This document shows, piece by piece, positions 9,871 through 18,703 of a stretch of 28,769 bases of DNA. The position numbers and the translations under genes are program-made. The notes under the pieces were generated by a model. The model was given only the letters and a program-made list of their open reading frames with translations. It was not told the origin of the DNA and did no database searches. The DNA comes from an uncultured Eubacteriales bacterium (GTDB taxonomy: Bacteria > Bacillota > Clostridia > Oscillospirales > Acutalibacteraceae), in assembly GCA_964475315.1 (NCBI GenBank), contig CAYYWE010000001.1:3210-31978 (forward strand), in the 5' to 3' direction. Numbering within the stretch: the first letter of the stretch is position 1; each line of letters begins with the position of its first letter.

Positions 9871-12843
9871 TTGGTCGTGAAAAAAAACTCAAATAATAAT
9901 AAAAAAAATAAAAATAGTAATATTAAAGAAAATTTCAAGAAAAATCTTGGTGACAGTGCTGTTGGAATTACAAAATTACTGGCTAACAAAAAATTTATAT
10001 ACGTGTTACTAGGAATATTATTATTAAGTTTGGGTTTTGTAGCACAGTATTTTTTGAATAGACCAAATTTTGGTACTTTTTTGGGTTCTGATATGGACTT
10101 ATCTAACAATGTTTATATTTTAGGTGTTAATGAAGAAAATAATGAGTACAAAATTACAAAAGTGTCGCAAAGTGGAGCAACTAAGTTTCAACTAAAGTTA
10201 GAAAAATCTAATGACAAATACGAAAATGTATATAAAAATTTAGAAGTAGACTCTAAAGGTAATATTTATATTGTAAAACAACAGAAAAAAATTGATGCGG
10301 TAGTTTCAGATGCCAGTATGTACCCAACTACAAATGAAAAAATTTTAATGTATGATCATAACGGAATATATATAAAAGAAATAGCTTCTATAGATTTCAC
10401 ACAAAGCGCTAGTCCACCAGTAGAACCGTATATACAAAAAATACAAATAGTAGACCAAAATATGTTTATTATAGCTCGAGAAGGTAATTATTATGATATT
10501 ATTTCGGCTAATCCGTTGTTAGATGAAGCTCCTAAAAAAATTAAGTCTTTTGAAATTGTTCCAGATGGTGCTTTAACAAATCAAAATTATCAATGGGTAA
10601 GTGATATGAGTGTATTATCTAGCGGAAGAATTTTTTATTCGACTTTAAATGGTAAATTATATGGTACTAATAACCAGGGGGTATTTGAAGATTATTCTAG
10701 TGTTATGAAAACGAATAATTTTTTAATCTCAGATATGAGCATAGATCCCAATGATGATTTATATTTTACAGATACTGTAACAGGTAGGTTTTATAAATTA
10801 AATACAAAAAGTATTTCTTTACAGACTTTATATAATCTAGATAGTCCGTTATATGAAAACACAAACTTGATTTTTAGAGATATCAAAAAAGTAAAATGTT
10901 TAGACACAGGGGATTTTTACGGAAATTCTAAGTCTTATGAAAAAGTGTTTCATGTCAGATTTGGGAGTAATAATTATTTAGTTGGGAATTTAAGAGGTTC
11001 GTTTTTCCCGTGGGGCCTAATTATTATGATACTAGTAATTTTATTGGTAATTGGAATTTTTTACGGTATTAAATTTTTGGCGAAATTAGAAATAAAAAGA
11101 ATACCGTTGGTAGTAAGAATATTAAGTTTATTTTTACCGGTGTTTATTATTTCTATGATAGTTTTAGTCGGAGTTAATACTCTGGATGGTGTTAAAGAAT
11201 ACATGAGTTTGTTAAAAAGCGAACAAGAACGTGGAGCTAAAACTGCGTCAGACTTAATATCAGGTAGTGATTTTGCAAAATTAAATCACGTATCAGGCTA
11301 TATGAACTCAGATTATATAAAATTAAAAAATTCTTTGCAAAAAAGTCATAGTGATATTTATTCTAAAATTGGAGATAGAAGTGATTATTTAGTTACTTAT
11401 GTAGAAAATTACGGTAGTTTATATACTAGTATTAATACTAAATATGACGTAAATTCAGAAAGTTATAACAGATTAAAATATACAAACCCAGATATGGTTC
11501 CTAATGGTTACTGTCTAATAGATTATGTTTTAGAGCAAGATGAAGTTGAAAAATTATATAATATCTGGAATAAATTTGTCTCTTCAGATAATACAGAATA
11601 TTACATGGACGTAGAATTTAAAGACGTATACGGAGATTTAACTGCCTCTTTTGCTCCTATAAAAGACTCTAATGGGCAAGTAGTCGGACTAGTAGGGAAC
11701 TTTCTAGACGAAAAAATTCACCAAACTAGAGAATTTTGGGAAATTTTAAAACATGCTTCGGCTCTTATATTAATAATTACTATATTAATTATATTTTATG
11801 TATGTTTTATAATAAAATACGCTTTGAGACCGTTAAAAAAAATAGAAAAATCTATAAAAACTACAGAAACTGGTACTTGGGATACAAGAATAAAATTAAA
11901 ATCTAAAGATGAATTTGCTGACATAGCTGAAGCGTTTAATATTATGTCAGAAAAAATTCAGAGATATACTTCGAATTTAATAAAATTAAATAAAGAGTAT
12001 ATAAGATATATTCCTGATAAATTATTTAAATTAATAGACAAAGATAAAATCACCCAAGTTAATTTACATGATAATAAATCTTGTTTGCTAAATATAGTAC
12101 AGGTAAATTTTAATATTTCATGTAATGATAAATTTGATTTTAATAATCAAATAGATGTATTTAGAGCTATAAGCGAAAGTTATGAAAAATTATTTGACGT
12201 AGTAGAACAAAATCACGGTATAGTACATTCTTTTGACGGTCTAGGACTAATAGCTTTGTTCCCAGATAGTCCAGATGATGCTTTTCTAGCTTCGTTACAA
12301 TTTAAAGAGCTTGAAATTAATAAATTTGTAAAAGATCAAATGCACATATTATTAGGCTCAGGTTATGTACTAACTGGTATTTCTGGAGATTCTGAAAGAC
12401 GTGGTGTGATATTAATTTCAGACGAACTTATGCAATTATATAATATGAATTCTAGATTAAGTATTTTGGACATAAACCACGTTGCAACAGAAAGTATTAT
12501 TAAAAATATAGAAAATATAAAAAATAAAGGGACTCTTTCTTTTAGATATATCGGTCGTGCTGAAAATACTACTGGTGGAGAGTTTACTAATATTTACCAA
12601 ATAATAGAAAATAATAATAAATATAAAAAAGATTTGTATATTTCTACTTTTGAAATATTTGAAAAAGCTGTTAAGTTATATTTAAATAGTGAATTTGAAG
12701 AAGCACGTAAGTTATTTGCAAGTGTAATAAGAACTAACGAAAATGACAAAGTTAGTATGAGATATTTATTATTATGTGACGAAGAACTTAATAAAATAAA
12801 TCAAATTGGTATGACTAAAAATTTCACCGGTTATATTATATAA
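9871..12843 (+). CDS. Four-TM receptor: beta-propeller-like ectodomain, second ectodomain, HAMP, degenerate class III nucleotidyl cyclase domain, TPR-like tail
   Basis: TM segments near aa 43-63, 380-402, 414-437 and 630-652. Blade-like repeats EVDSKGNIYIV / DMSVLSSGRIFYS / DMSIDPNDDLYFTD. HAMP: RPLKKI...DTRI.LKSKDEFADIAEAFNIMSEKI. Cyclase-like YIRYIP..LF.L...GLIALFP..PDDA..ISDE; tail FEKAVKLY...F.EARKLF..V...N.ND.VS.RYL..C. Confidence 0.82.
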   Translation: MVVKKNSNNNKKNKNSNIKENFKKNLGDSAVGITKLLANKKFIYVLLGILLLSLGFVAQYFLNRPNFGTFLGSDMDLSNNVYILGVNEENNEYKITKVSQSGATKFQLKLEKSNDKYENVYKNLEVDSKGNIYIVKQQKKIDAVVSDASMYPTTNEKILMYDHNGIYIKEIASIDFTQSASPPVEPYIQKIQIVDQNMFIIAREGNYYDIISANPLLDEAPKKIKSFEIVPDGALTNQNYQWVSDMSVLSSGRIFYSTLNGKLYGTNNQGVFEDYSSVMKTNNFLISDMSIDPNDDLYFTDTVTGRFYKLNTKSISLQTLYNLDSPLYENTNLIFRDIKKVKCLDTGDFYGNSKSYEKVFHVRFGSNNYLVGNLRGSFFPWGLIIMILVILLVIGIFYGIKFLAKLEIKRIPLVVRILSLFLPVFIISMIVLVGVNTLDGVKEYMSLLKSEQERGAKTASDLISGSDFAKLNHVSGYMNSDYIKLKNSLQKSHSDIYSKIGDRSDYLVTYVENYGSLYTSINTKYDVNSESYNRLKYTNPDMVPNGYCLIDYVLEQDEVEKLYNIWNKFVSSDNTEYYMDVEFKDVYGDLTASFAPIKDSNGQVVGLVGNFLDEKIHQTREFWEILKHASALILIITILIIFYVCFIIKYALRPLKKIEKSIKTTETGTWDTRIKLKSKDEFADIAEAFNIMSEKIQRYTSNLIKLNKEYIRYIPDKLFKLIDKDKITQVNLHDNKSCLLNIVQVNFNISCNDKFDFNNQIDVFRAISESYEKLFDVVEQNHGIVHSFDGLGLIALFPDSPDDAFLASLQFKELEINKFVKDQMHILLGSGYVLTGISGDSERRGVILISDELMQLYNMNSRLSILDINHVATESIIKNIENIKNKGTLSFRYIGRAENTTGGEFTNIYQIIENNNKYKKDLYISTFEIFEKAVKLYLNSEFEEARKLFASVIRTNENDKVSMRYLLLCDEELNKINQIGMTKNFTGYII

Positions 12844-12897
12844 ATATATTTTTAAAATATTATAAAAATATAATTTAGAATAGGACGGATATAATTT

Positions 12898-14406
12898 ATG
12901 TCAGTAATTTCAAATATATTTTCAAGAGTTACTACTGGTATACAAACACAGTTAACTTCTATATCGACTTTGATGGTAAAAGCAAAAAATTTTGGCAATA
13001 GAGCGGCTGCATATGCGCAACAAAAGATACAAGCTCTAGCCCAAAATTTAACCCGTAACCCTAGGTCCAAAGAAGACTACGTAAAAGTATTTGGTTTATA
13101 TATTTCTAAAAAATTTACTACTATTTCTATTGTAGTAGTAGGAGTTTTAGGATATTTATTAATATATCAGCTTATACCATGGGCTGAAGGTAAAGTTTGG
13201 ACTACTAATTTAAAAATAGATACTATTAAATATACTACTTTTAGTGGAAAATCTAGAGTTTATAATCAAAATGACCAGTTAATATATCAAGGCAATTTGA
13301 CTAACGGAAAACCTGATGGCCCTGGTAAGCAATATTTTCTTAACGGAAGATTAAAATATAATGGAAATTTTCAGGCCGGAAAATATCACGGTGAAGGTGA
13401 ATTATTTGGTGAAGACGGAATAATTATATATTCTGGTATGTTCGAAAACAATAATTATCAAGGCGAAGGAAAATTATATAATAACATAGGTAAAGTAATA
13501 TATGTTGGTTCTTTTGAAGTTGGACAAAGATCTGGCAAGGGTATAGAATATGATCCAGATACTATGTTAAGAAAATACTATGGAGATTGGATTAATGATG
13601 TAAAAAATGGCTATGGCGTAGAATATGAAGAAGACGGTACTAGTGTTAAATACGAGGGTAACTTTAAAGACGGCTCATACGGTGGCGAAGGTATGTTATA
13701 TGTAAACAGCGTACTAAAATACGCTGGAAGTTTTGCCAACGGATTATATAACGGCACGGGAAGTTTGTATAATCTCGATACAGGTACTCTAATTTATGCC
13801 GGTGAATTCAAAGACGGTCTGTATGATGGCGCTGGTATATTATACGACCAGGATACTTCGACAATATTATATAACGGTACTTTCTCTAAAGGTAAAAAAC
13901 AAGGCACTGGTACGTCTTATGACAAGTTGGGCTCAACTGAGTTTACCGGTGACTTCAGAGGGGACAGCATAGATTATATAAAATATTTAGGTAGGTCTCC
14001 TGAAGACGTAACTGCTGAGTTTGGTCAAGAAACATACAAAACTGAAGTAGACAATAAATTAATTATTACCTATTTGGGTCTAGACGTATCAGTAGTGTTT
14101 AAAATAGACGAAGAATTAGGCACATATGTTTGCGAAAAAATGATCTTGGGAACTAAAAAAGAATTTATGGGTCTTGGCGCCCAGAGTACAGCCGTAGAAA
14201 GACGTGAAGTTATGGGCGAACCGTTTTCATCTATAGACTTTAGTTGTTCGGATTACTATAAAACTGTATTTTCTAATTTAGCTATTAATATTAATAACAC
14301 CAATGCTATACCATGCGATAAATACATGCTTGATAAGTATTTTATAAGATTTTATTTTAACGACGGCAGAACAGAACTAAAATGTATTGAAATTTGTTCT
14401 TTATAA
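12898..14406 (+). CDS. Membrane-anchored MORN-repeat protein
   Basis: About nine consecutive Y.G.F..G...G.G..Y repeats (YQGNLTNGKPDGPGKQY to YNGTFSKGKKQGTGTSY) after one TM segment (TISIVVVGVLGYLLIYQLI); AGGACGGA RBS-like sequence upstream. Confidence 0.9.
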   Translation: MSVISNIFSRVTTGIQTQLTSISTLMVKAKNFGNRAAAYAQQKIQALAQNLTRNPRSKEDYVKVFGLYISKKFTTISIVVVGVLGYLLIYQLIPWAEGKVWTTNLKIDTIKYTTFSGKSRVYNQNDQLIYQGNLTNGKPDGPGKQYFLNGRLKYNGNFQAGKYHGEGELFGEDGIIIYSGMFENNNYQGEGKLYNNIGKVIYVGSFEVGQRSGKGIEYDPDTMLRKYYGDWINDVKNGYGVEYEEDGTSVKYEGNFKDGSYGGEGMLYVNSVLKYAGSFANGLYNGTGSLYNLDTGTLIYAGEFKDGLYDGAGILYDQDTSTILYNGTFSKGKKQGTGTSYDKLGSTEFTGDFRGDSIDYIKYLGRSPEDVTAEFGQETYKTEVDNKLIITYLGLDVSVVFKIDEELGTYVCEKMILGTKKEFMGLGAQSTAVERREVMGEPFSSIDFSCSDYYKTVFSNLAININNTNAIPCDKYMLDKYFIRFYFNDGRTELKCIEICSL

Positions 14407-14472
14407 TCTAGTTTTTGTAAAATTATACTAAATTATAAAAAAATATAATAAACTTCAAAATAACATGTAAAA

Positions 14473-14707
14473 AAGAACTAACAAATTTCACAAAAATTCA
14501 AAACTCCAAAAAAAAAACAAAAAAACGAAGCTAATAACCATAAAATTTCAAGCGAAAAAGTCCAAAATAAGCACGCTATTTCATCTAGCGTTTTAGAATT
14601 CTTTCTAAAAAATATATCGAAATCATAGAAAACGCTTTGCTTTTAGGTTTAATTTAATCTCTGTTATTTGTAGTTATGAGCTTTTGTCTTGATTTTGCAA
14701 GAGGCCT
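14473..14707 (+). mobile_element. Right-end fragment of the same IS5/ISL2 element
   Basis: Homologous to 2861-3110 (reverse complement) and 8020-8232: ACAAATTTCACAAAAATTCAAAA...AAAACGCTTTG...GAGCTTTTGTCTTGATTTTGCAAGAGGCCT. Right TIR at 14688-14707; no clear left TIR. Confidence 0.85.
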
Positions 14708-14850
14708 AATATTGTTTATCGCTGTTTGTGCGGCTTGCCCCGACTCTACTTTGTTTCATTTGTAGCTCTAATTTTGACCTATCTTTTTGTTATGTGCCCT
14801 GATGCTTTTCAAAAACTGTAATTATTCCAAACAAAAAATTATAAAAGAGC

Positions 14851-15906
14851 TTAGTATTCATAAATAAATTTTCTTAAATCTTCTTTAGTTTTTGACAAAT
14901 TATTTATAACCAAAACCATTTTTTGGGAATAAGTTTCGTTCCGCACGTTGTCATCTGTAGGGATTCTAAATTCTTCTATATCATATTTTAGATATTCTAA
15001 AGAACTGAAAATTAATCTTCCGATTTCAGATTGTTTGAAATCCGTACTTACGAGAGGCGCCAAATTTGAAACTAACTCTGTTATTTTTGTAACATTGGCG
15101 GTTTTCAGTTTTTCTATGACCGATTTTATAACTTGTCTTTGACGTAAAGTTCTATCATAATCCGAGCCTATGCTATCGCGATTTCTAGCATGTTGAAGTG
15201 CCTGTACACCCGTTAAGTGTTTAACTCCAGAAGAAGTTTCTAATTTGTTATTTTTTATATTAGCATGTTTATTTATATATGCACATTCTTGACTAGTTAA
15301 ATTTAATTCTATTCCACCAAGAGAGTCAATTATTTTTGAAAATCCTTCGAAGTCTACACATGCGTATCTGTCTATATAAATACCAAAATTTTTATGAATA
15401 GTATTTATAGTTAATTTACAGCCACCGTGTGCATAAGAAGCGTTTATTCTGTCTTTGTTGTGACCAGGTATGTCTACCCAAATGTCACGCATAATAGAAG
15501 TTATTTTTATTTTTTTTGCGCGCATATTTAGAGACAAAATTAGCATAGAGTCACTGCGACCACCATCGCCAGCAGACATAGAATCGCTACCGACCAATAA
15601 TACATTTAAGATCATATTGTCATTTAATAAATTACCGGCGTTATTTACAAACAATTCAGAGTTATCTTTGGTTTCAAAATTTTGCTCGTAATTAAACGAC
15701 TTTAAAGTAACATAAGCATAAATCATAATGTTCCCGATAATTCCAACACACAAAAAAAACACACAAAATAATATTTTACTTATAGAAATTCTAGATTTTC
15801 TTTTTTCTTTTTTTTTTTCTGAAGAGTATATGTCTACATATTTTTGTCCTGTTTTTTCACATATGCGCTCGTTATGTTCCGAATAATTATTATTGTTATT
15901 GTTCAT
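14851..15906 (-). CDS. LCP (LytR-CpsA-Psr) family cell-wall glycopolymer transferase
   Basis: N-terminal TM; LNVLLVGSD, GRSDSMLILS, SIMRDIWV.I, RINASYAHGG, VDFEGF..IID.LGGI, AL.HARNR..SDYDRT.RQ. Confidence 0.93.
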   Translation of the reverse strand: MNNNNNNYSEHNERICEKTGQKYVDIYSSEKKKEKRKSRISISKILFCVFFLCVGIIGNIMIYAYVTLKSFNYEQNFETKDNSELFVNNAGNLLNDNMILNVLLVGSDSMSAGDGGRSDSMLILSLNMRAKKIKITSIMRDIWVDIPGHNKDRINASYAHGGCKLTINTIHKNFGIYIDRYACVDFEGFSKIIDSLGGIELNLTSQECAYINKHANIKNNKLETSSGVKHLTGVQALQHARNRDSIGSDYDRTLRQRQVIKSVIEKLKTANVTKITELVSNLAPLVSTDFKQSEIGRLIFSSLEYLKYDIEEFRIPTDDNVRNETYSQKMVLVINNLSKTKEDLRKFIYEY

Positions 15907-15932
15907 TTAAAGTCTCCTCTCACAAAAACTAA

Positions 15933-15960
15933 ATTCTACCATAGATAAACAATCTGTCAA
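15933..15960 (-). promoter_or_regulatory. Putative sigma-A promoter (extended -10) of the LCP gene
   Basis: Minus strand TTGACA (15960-15955) - 16 bp - TGgTAGAAT (-10 at 15938-15933); GAGGAG RBS follows. Confidence 0.55.
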
Positions 15961-15988
15961 GTATAAATTTTTGGAGATACATAAGAAA

Positions 15989-18703
15989 TTATGGCATCCA
16001 TTGTTTTGCTTCATTTTCATCAATGTGAAATCTGCCACATTTAACAACGTTTTTAATATAACTTTCGACCTCTTTTAATGCCTTGTCGTTATCTCCGCTT
16101 AAATTAATACAGCTATTTTCAGCGTTTTGATACGGATATTTATCACTATAACAAATTCTTCCTTTGCCATCAGTTAAGACATAGTACGGGCTACTACCCA
16201 TGTAAATCATTCTTTTATGATTGTATTGAAATTTAAGCCCTGACTCAATAATCTCTGAAACTGTCTGAGGGCCATTTTTAATACCATATTTATTTTTCCA
16301 CTCAGTATTATCTTTATTTTTGATAAAATCATTTCTAATACTATCAGATGTAGACATACCTGAAATACAGTTATTGTCAATAATCCATAGTTTTTTGAAC
16401 TTCTCCAAATTTTCTATAATTTTGTCTTGAGCAATAAAATAAGTTTTTAAATACCACAAATTTCTAAAAAGTTTACAAGTGTTTTTAGAGTGATTTTTTA
16501 AATTTTCTAGTGAACTTTTTTCTATTTTAAAATTCGAATCACTGGACCTAATAATAGTATCAATTTTTTTTTTATTATTAGCCCCTGCTAAATTACTAAC
16601 AGGTCTGAATATATTATTTATAACTTCGTTATAAATATCTGTTAATTCCGATAATTTAATTTTTTCTATATTTTTAACAGCTGTACATACATCATTTATT
16701 TTTTTACGTATAGAGCTTACTTTTTTACAAATATCACTATATTCTTTAGAACTTATTTTTTCTTGAATGCTTAAAAAGTTTTCTTCAAATTTTTTTAAAT
16801 ATTCTTGAATTTTATCGCAAACATGGTTGCGTGTATTATAATTTATAATATCCTCTGGTTTACTATTTTTTGGAGTTTTTAATATGTCCTCTAAAACGCC
16901 ATCAATATAAGTGTTAGCATCCGTTTCGACACTATCCAATTTGTCCCCAAAACTTTTTATTTTTTCTAGTAATTTCTCATATGATTCAATAAATTTTTTG
17001 GAGCAGTCATTTATTAACTTTTCAGTATCATCTGATAATTTTTCGGTATCCCTAAACTCTGTATTTTTTATATTGTTAGATATATTTTTAATTTTACTTA
17101 TTGAGTTCTTCAAGTTTTCTCTACTTTGTAAGTTGTTTGGCTTAATCTCTCTTAAATTTTCCTTAATATCATTAAAAATTTCTTTAATACTATTAAAAGA
17201 TCCTAAATTTTCTGTTTTTATAGTACTAGAAATAAAAAGAGATCTTTTTATAACATCATGTACGAAACCCTGTAAGTCTACACCATCACTAACCATGCCA
17301 AGCCACTTTGTTTTACCATACTTATTACTACAAATATCGTCATAAAAGCTAGTTCCAGTTAAGTTTCTCATAACACTACTAACTTGATCAATAGCCATTT
17401 TGTTTTTTATTAGATCTTCAAATTGTTTTTTTATCAACTCTATTTTTTCTTTAAATTGTTCAAAAAAAAATTTTATATTATAAATATTTTTATCATCAAT
17501 TTTTTCGATTTTTAAATTTTTTACACTATCAAAATCTGAAAAGTTTAAGCTTTTAGCATCTAAAGAAAAACTAGAACTATCACTTAAATTTTCTATTTCT
17601 TTACACAACTTTGATAAAAAATCATATATATCTTTGTGGTATTTGTCTAAAGATTTTTGACCATTTTGTATAATCTTACATAACTCTTTTAGCTTAATTT
17701 TTATTTCACCAATGGTGAATTTTTTTAGATCTATACTATCCAACAAATTTTTTAAATTTTCATTCATACTAAATAATCCATTAGTTTTTTCAAGAATTTC
17801 TAATTTTTTTTCTTCAATTTTTTTAAAATTTTCATCGTCTTCTAACAATTTATCGATCGTTTTCATTATATCATTATAACTAGTTTCCCAACTGTTTATA
17901 TTTGTATTGATTTTTGATTTAGAAAAAGTCAAAAACTCTGAAGAACGAACCTTTATGAAAAAAGTGTCAATACAATCTTTTATTTCTTCTTTATAAGTCA
18001 TACATGTTTCTAAATCAGCGTTGTCGTCTAGTACATCTATTTTTTTGAAGTTAATTGTTTGTTCGATTTTGTTTAAAAAACCTATTATGCCACTACTACG
18101 CATATCATTAAATAAATTATACAATATTTTCATCATATCTCTATAATTTCCTTTTGATTTTAGATTTTGCAAATTATATTTATTAAATATTTTAATTATT
18201 TTATTTAAAACATTGTCTTGTTGCGTAGCTTTGTTATGAATATTACCCATTAAAGTTTCAAGAGACTTTTTTAAACTTTCTACTGAATTTTTTACATCTT
18301 TGCCCGCAATTAAAGCATATTTAGGAGCTTTGTTACAACTATTTAAAAAAGCAACTACCGATTTATAAAAATTATTTAATCTAACATATTCGTCCTTTTT
18401 AGAGTTTGGTTCATATGATAGACTTAGACTATTTATAGCGGCGTAGCTTTCGCTGTAATTAAATTTATTTCGATTATTAAGAAATTTATCCATGTTGGTT
18501 TTGAATTTTGCTAAAGTGCACATAATTTTTTGTTCAACATTTTCAATATTTTTAAAATTTAAATCTTTGTAACTGTCTATTTCTTTTTTTAAATTATTAA
18601 TTTCTTTAATAAGTTCAATTCTTTCTTGATTTTTCTCTTTTCCACCTGTGCCTATAAAAGAACCTACAACAGCTTGTTTGATTTTTTCGCTTAGCTTACT
18701 CAT
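15989..18703 (-). CDS. Large helical / coiled-coil-rich hypothetical protein (about 904 aa)
   Basis: 2.7-kb open frame; ATG 18703 follows AAAGGGTG (the ORF track's GTG 18712 lies in this RBS). K/N/I/E-rich, with no signal peptide, TM segment or recognisable motif. Confidence 0.75.
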   Translation of the reverse strand: MSKLSEKIKQAVVGSFIGTGGKEKNQERIELIKEINNLKKEIDSYKDLNFKNIENVEQKIMCTLAKFKTNMDKFLNNRNKFNYSESYAAINSLSLSYEPNSKKDEYVRLNNFYKSVVAFLNSCNKAPKYALIAGKDVKNSVESLKKSLETLMGNIHNKATQQDNVLNKIIKIFNKYNLQNLKSKGNYRDMMKILYNLFNDMRSSGIIGFLNKIEQTINFKKIDVLDDNADLETCMTYKEEIKDCIDTFFIKVRSSEFLTFSKSKINTNINSWETSYNDIMKTIDKLLEDDENFKKIEEKKLEILEKTNGLFSMNENLKNLLDSIDLKKFTIGEIKIKLKELCKIIQNGQKSLDKYHKDIYDFLSKLCKEIENLSDSSSFSLDAKSLNFSDFDSVKNLKIEKIDDKNIYNIKFFFEQFKEKIELIKKQFEDLIKNKMAIDQVSSVMRNLTGTSFYDDICSNKYGKTKWLGMVSDGVDLQGFVHDVIKRSLFISSTIKTENLGSFNSIKEIFNDIKENLREIKPNNLQSRENLKNSISKIKNISNNIKNTEFRDTEKLSDDTEKLINDCSKKFIESYEKLLEKIKSFGDKLDSVETDANTYIDGVLEDILKTPKNSKPEDIINYNTRNHVCDKIQEYLKKFEENFLSIQEKISSKEYSDICKKVSSIRKKINDVCTAVKNIEKIKLSELTDIYNEVINNIFRPVSNLAGANNKKKIDTIIRSSDSNFKIEKSSLENLKNHSKNTCKLFRNLWYLKTYFIAQDKIIENLEKFKKLWIIDNNCISGMSTSDSIRNDFIKNKDNTEWKNKYGIKNGPQTVSEIIESGLKFQYNHKRMIYMGSSPYYVLTDGKGRICYSDKYPYQNAENSCINLSGDNDKALKEVESYIKNVVKCGRFHIDENEAKQWMP

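Noticed and set aside
8455-14406. Type VII secretion locus, suggested by the EssB-like pseudokinase-TM layout
   Set aside because: No FtsK/EssC ATPase, WXG100 protein or EsaA in the window; only the analogy is kept.
14408-14430. Degraded left TIR for the third IS copy (TAGTTTTTGTAAAATT)
   Set aside because: Only partial similarity to AGACTTCTTGTAAAATC in very AT-rich sequence; not distinguishable from chance.
16911-17345. 144-aa antisense ORF, and similar track ORFs inside gerKA, gyrB, the flippase, LCP, ispG, polC, rimP and ylxQ
   Set aside because: Shadow frames of longer, motif-supported genes; F/L/S/I-rich composition is expected from the reverse of AT-rich coding DNA.
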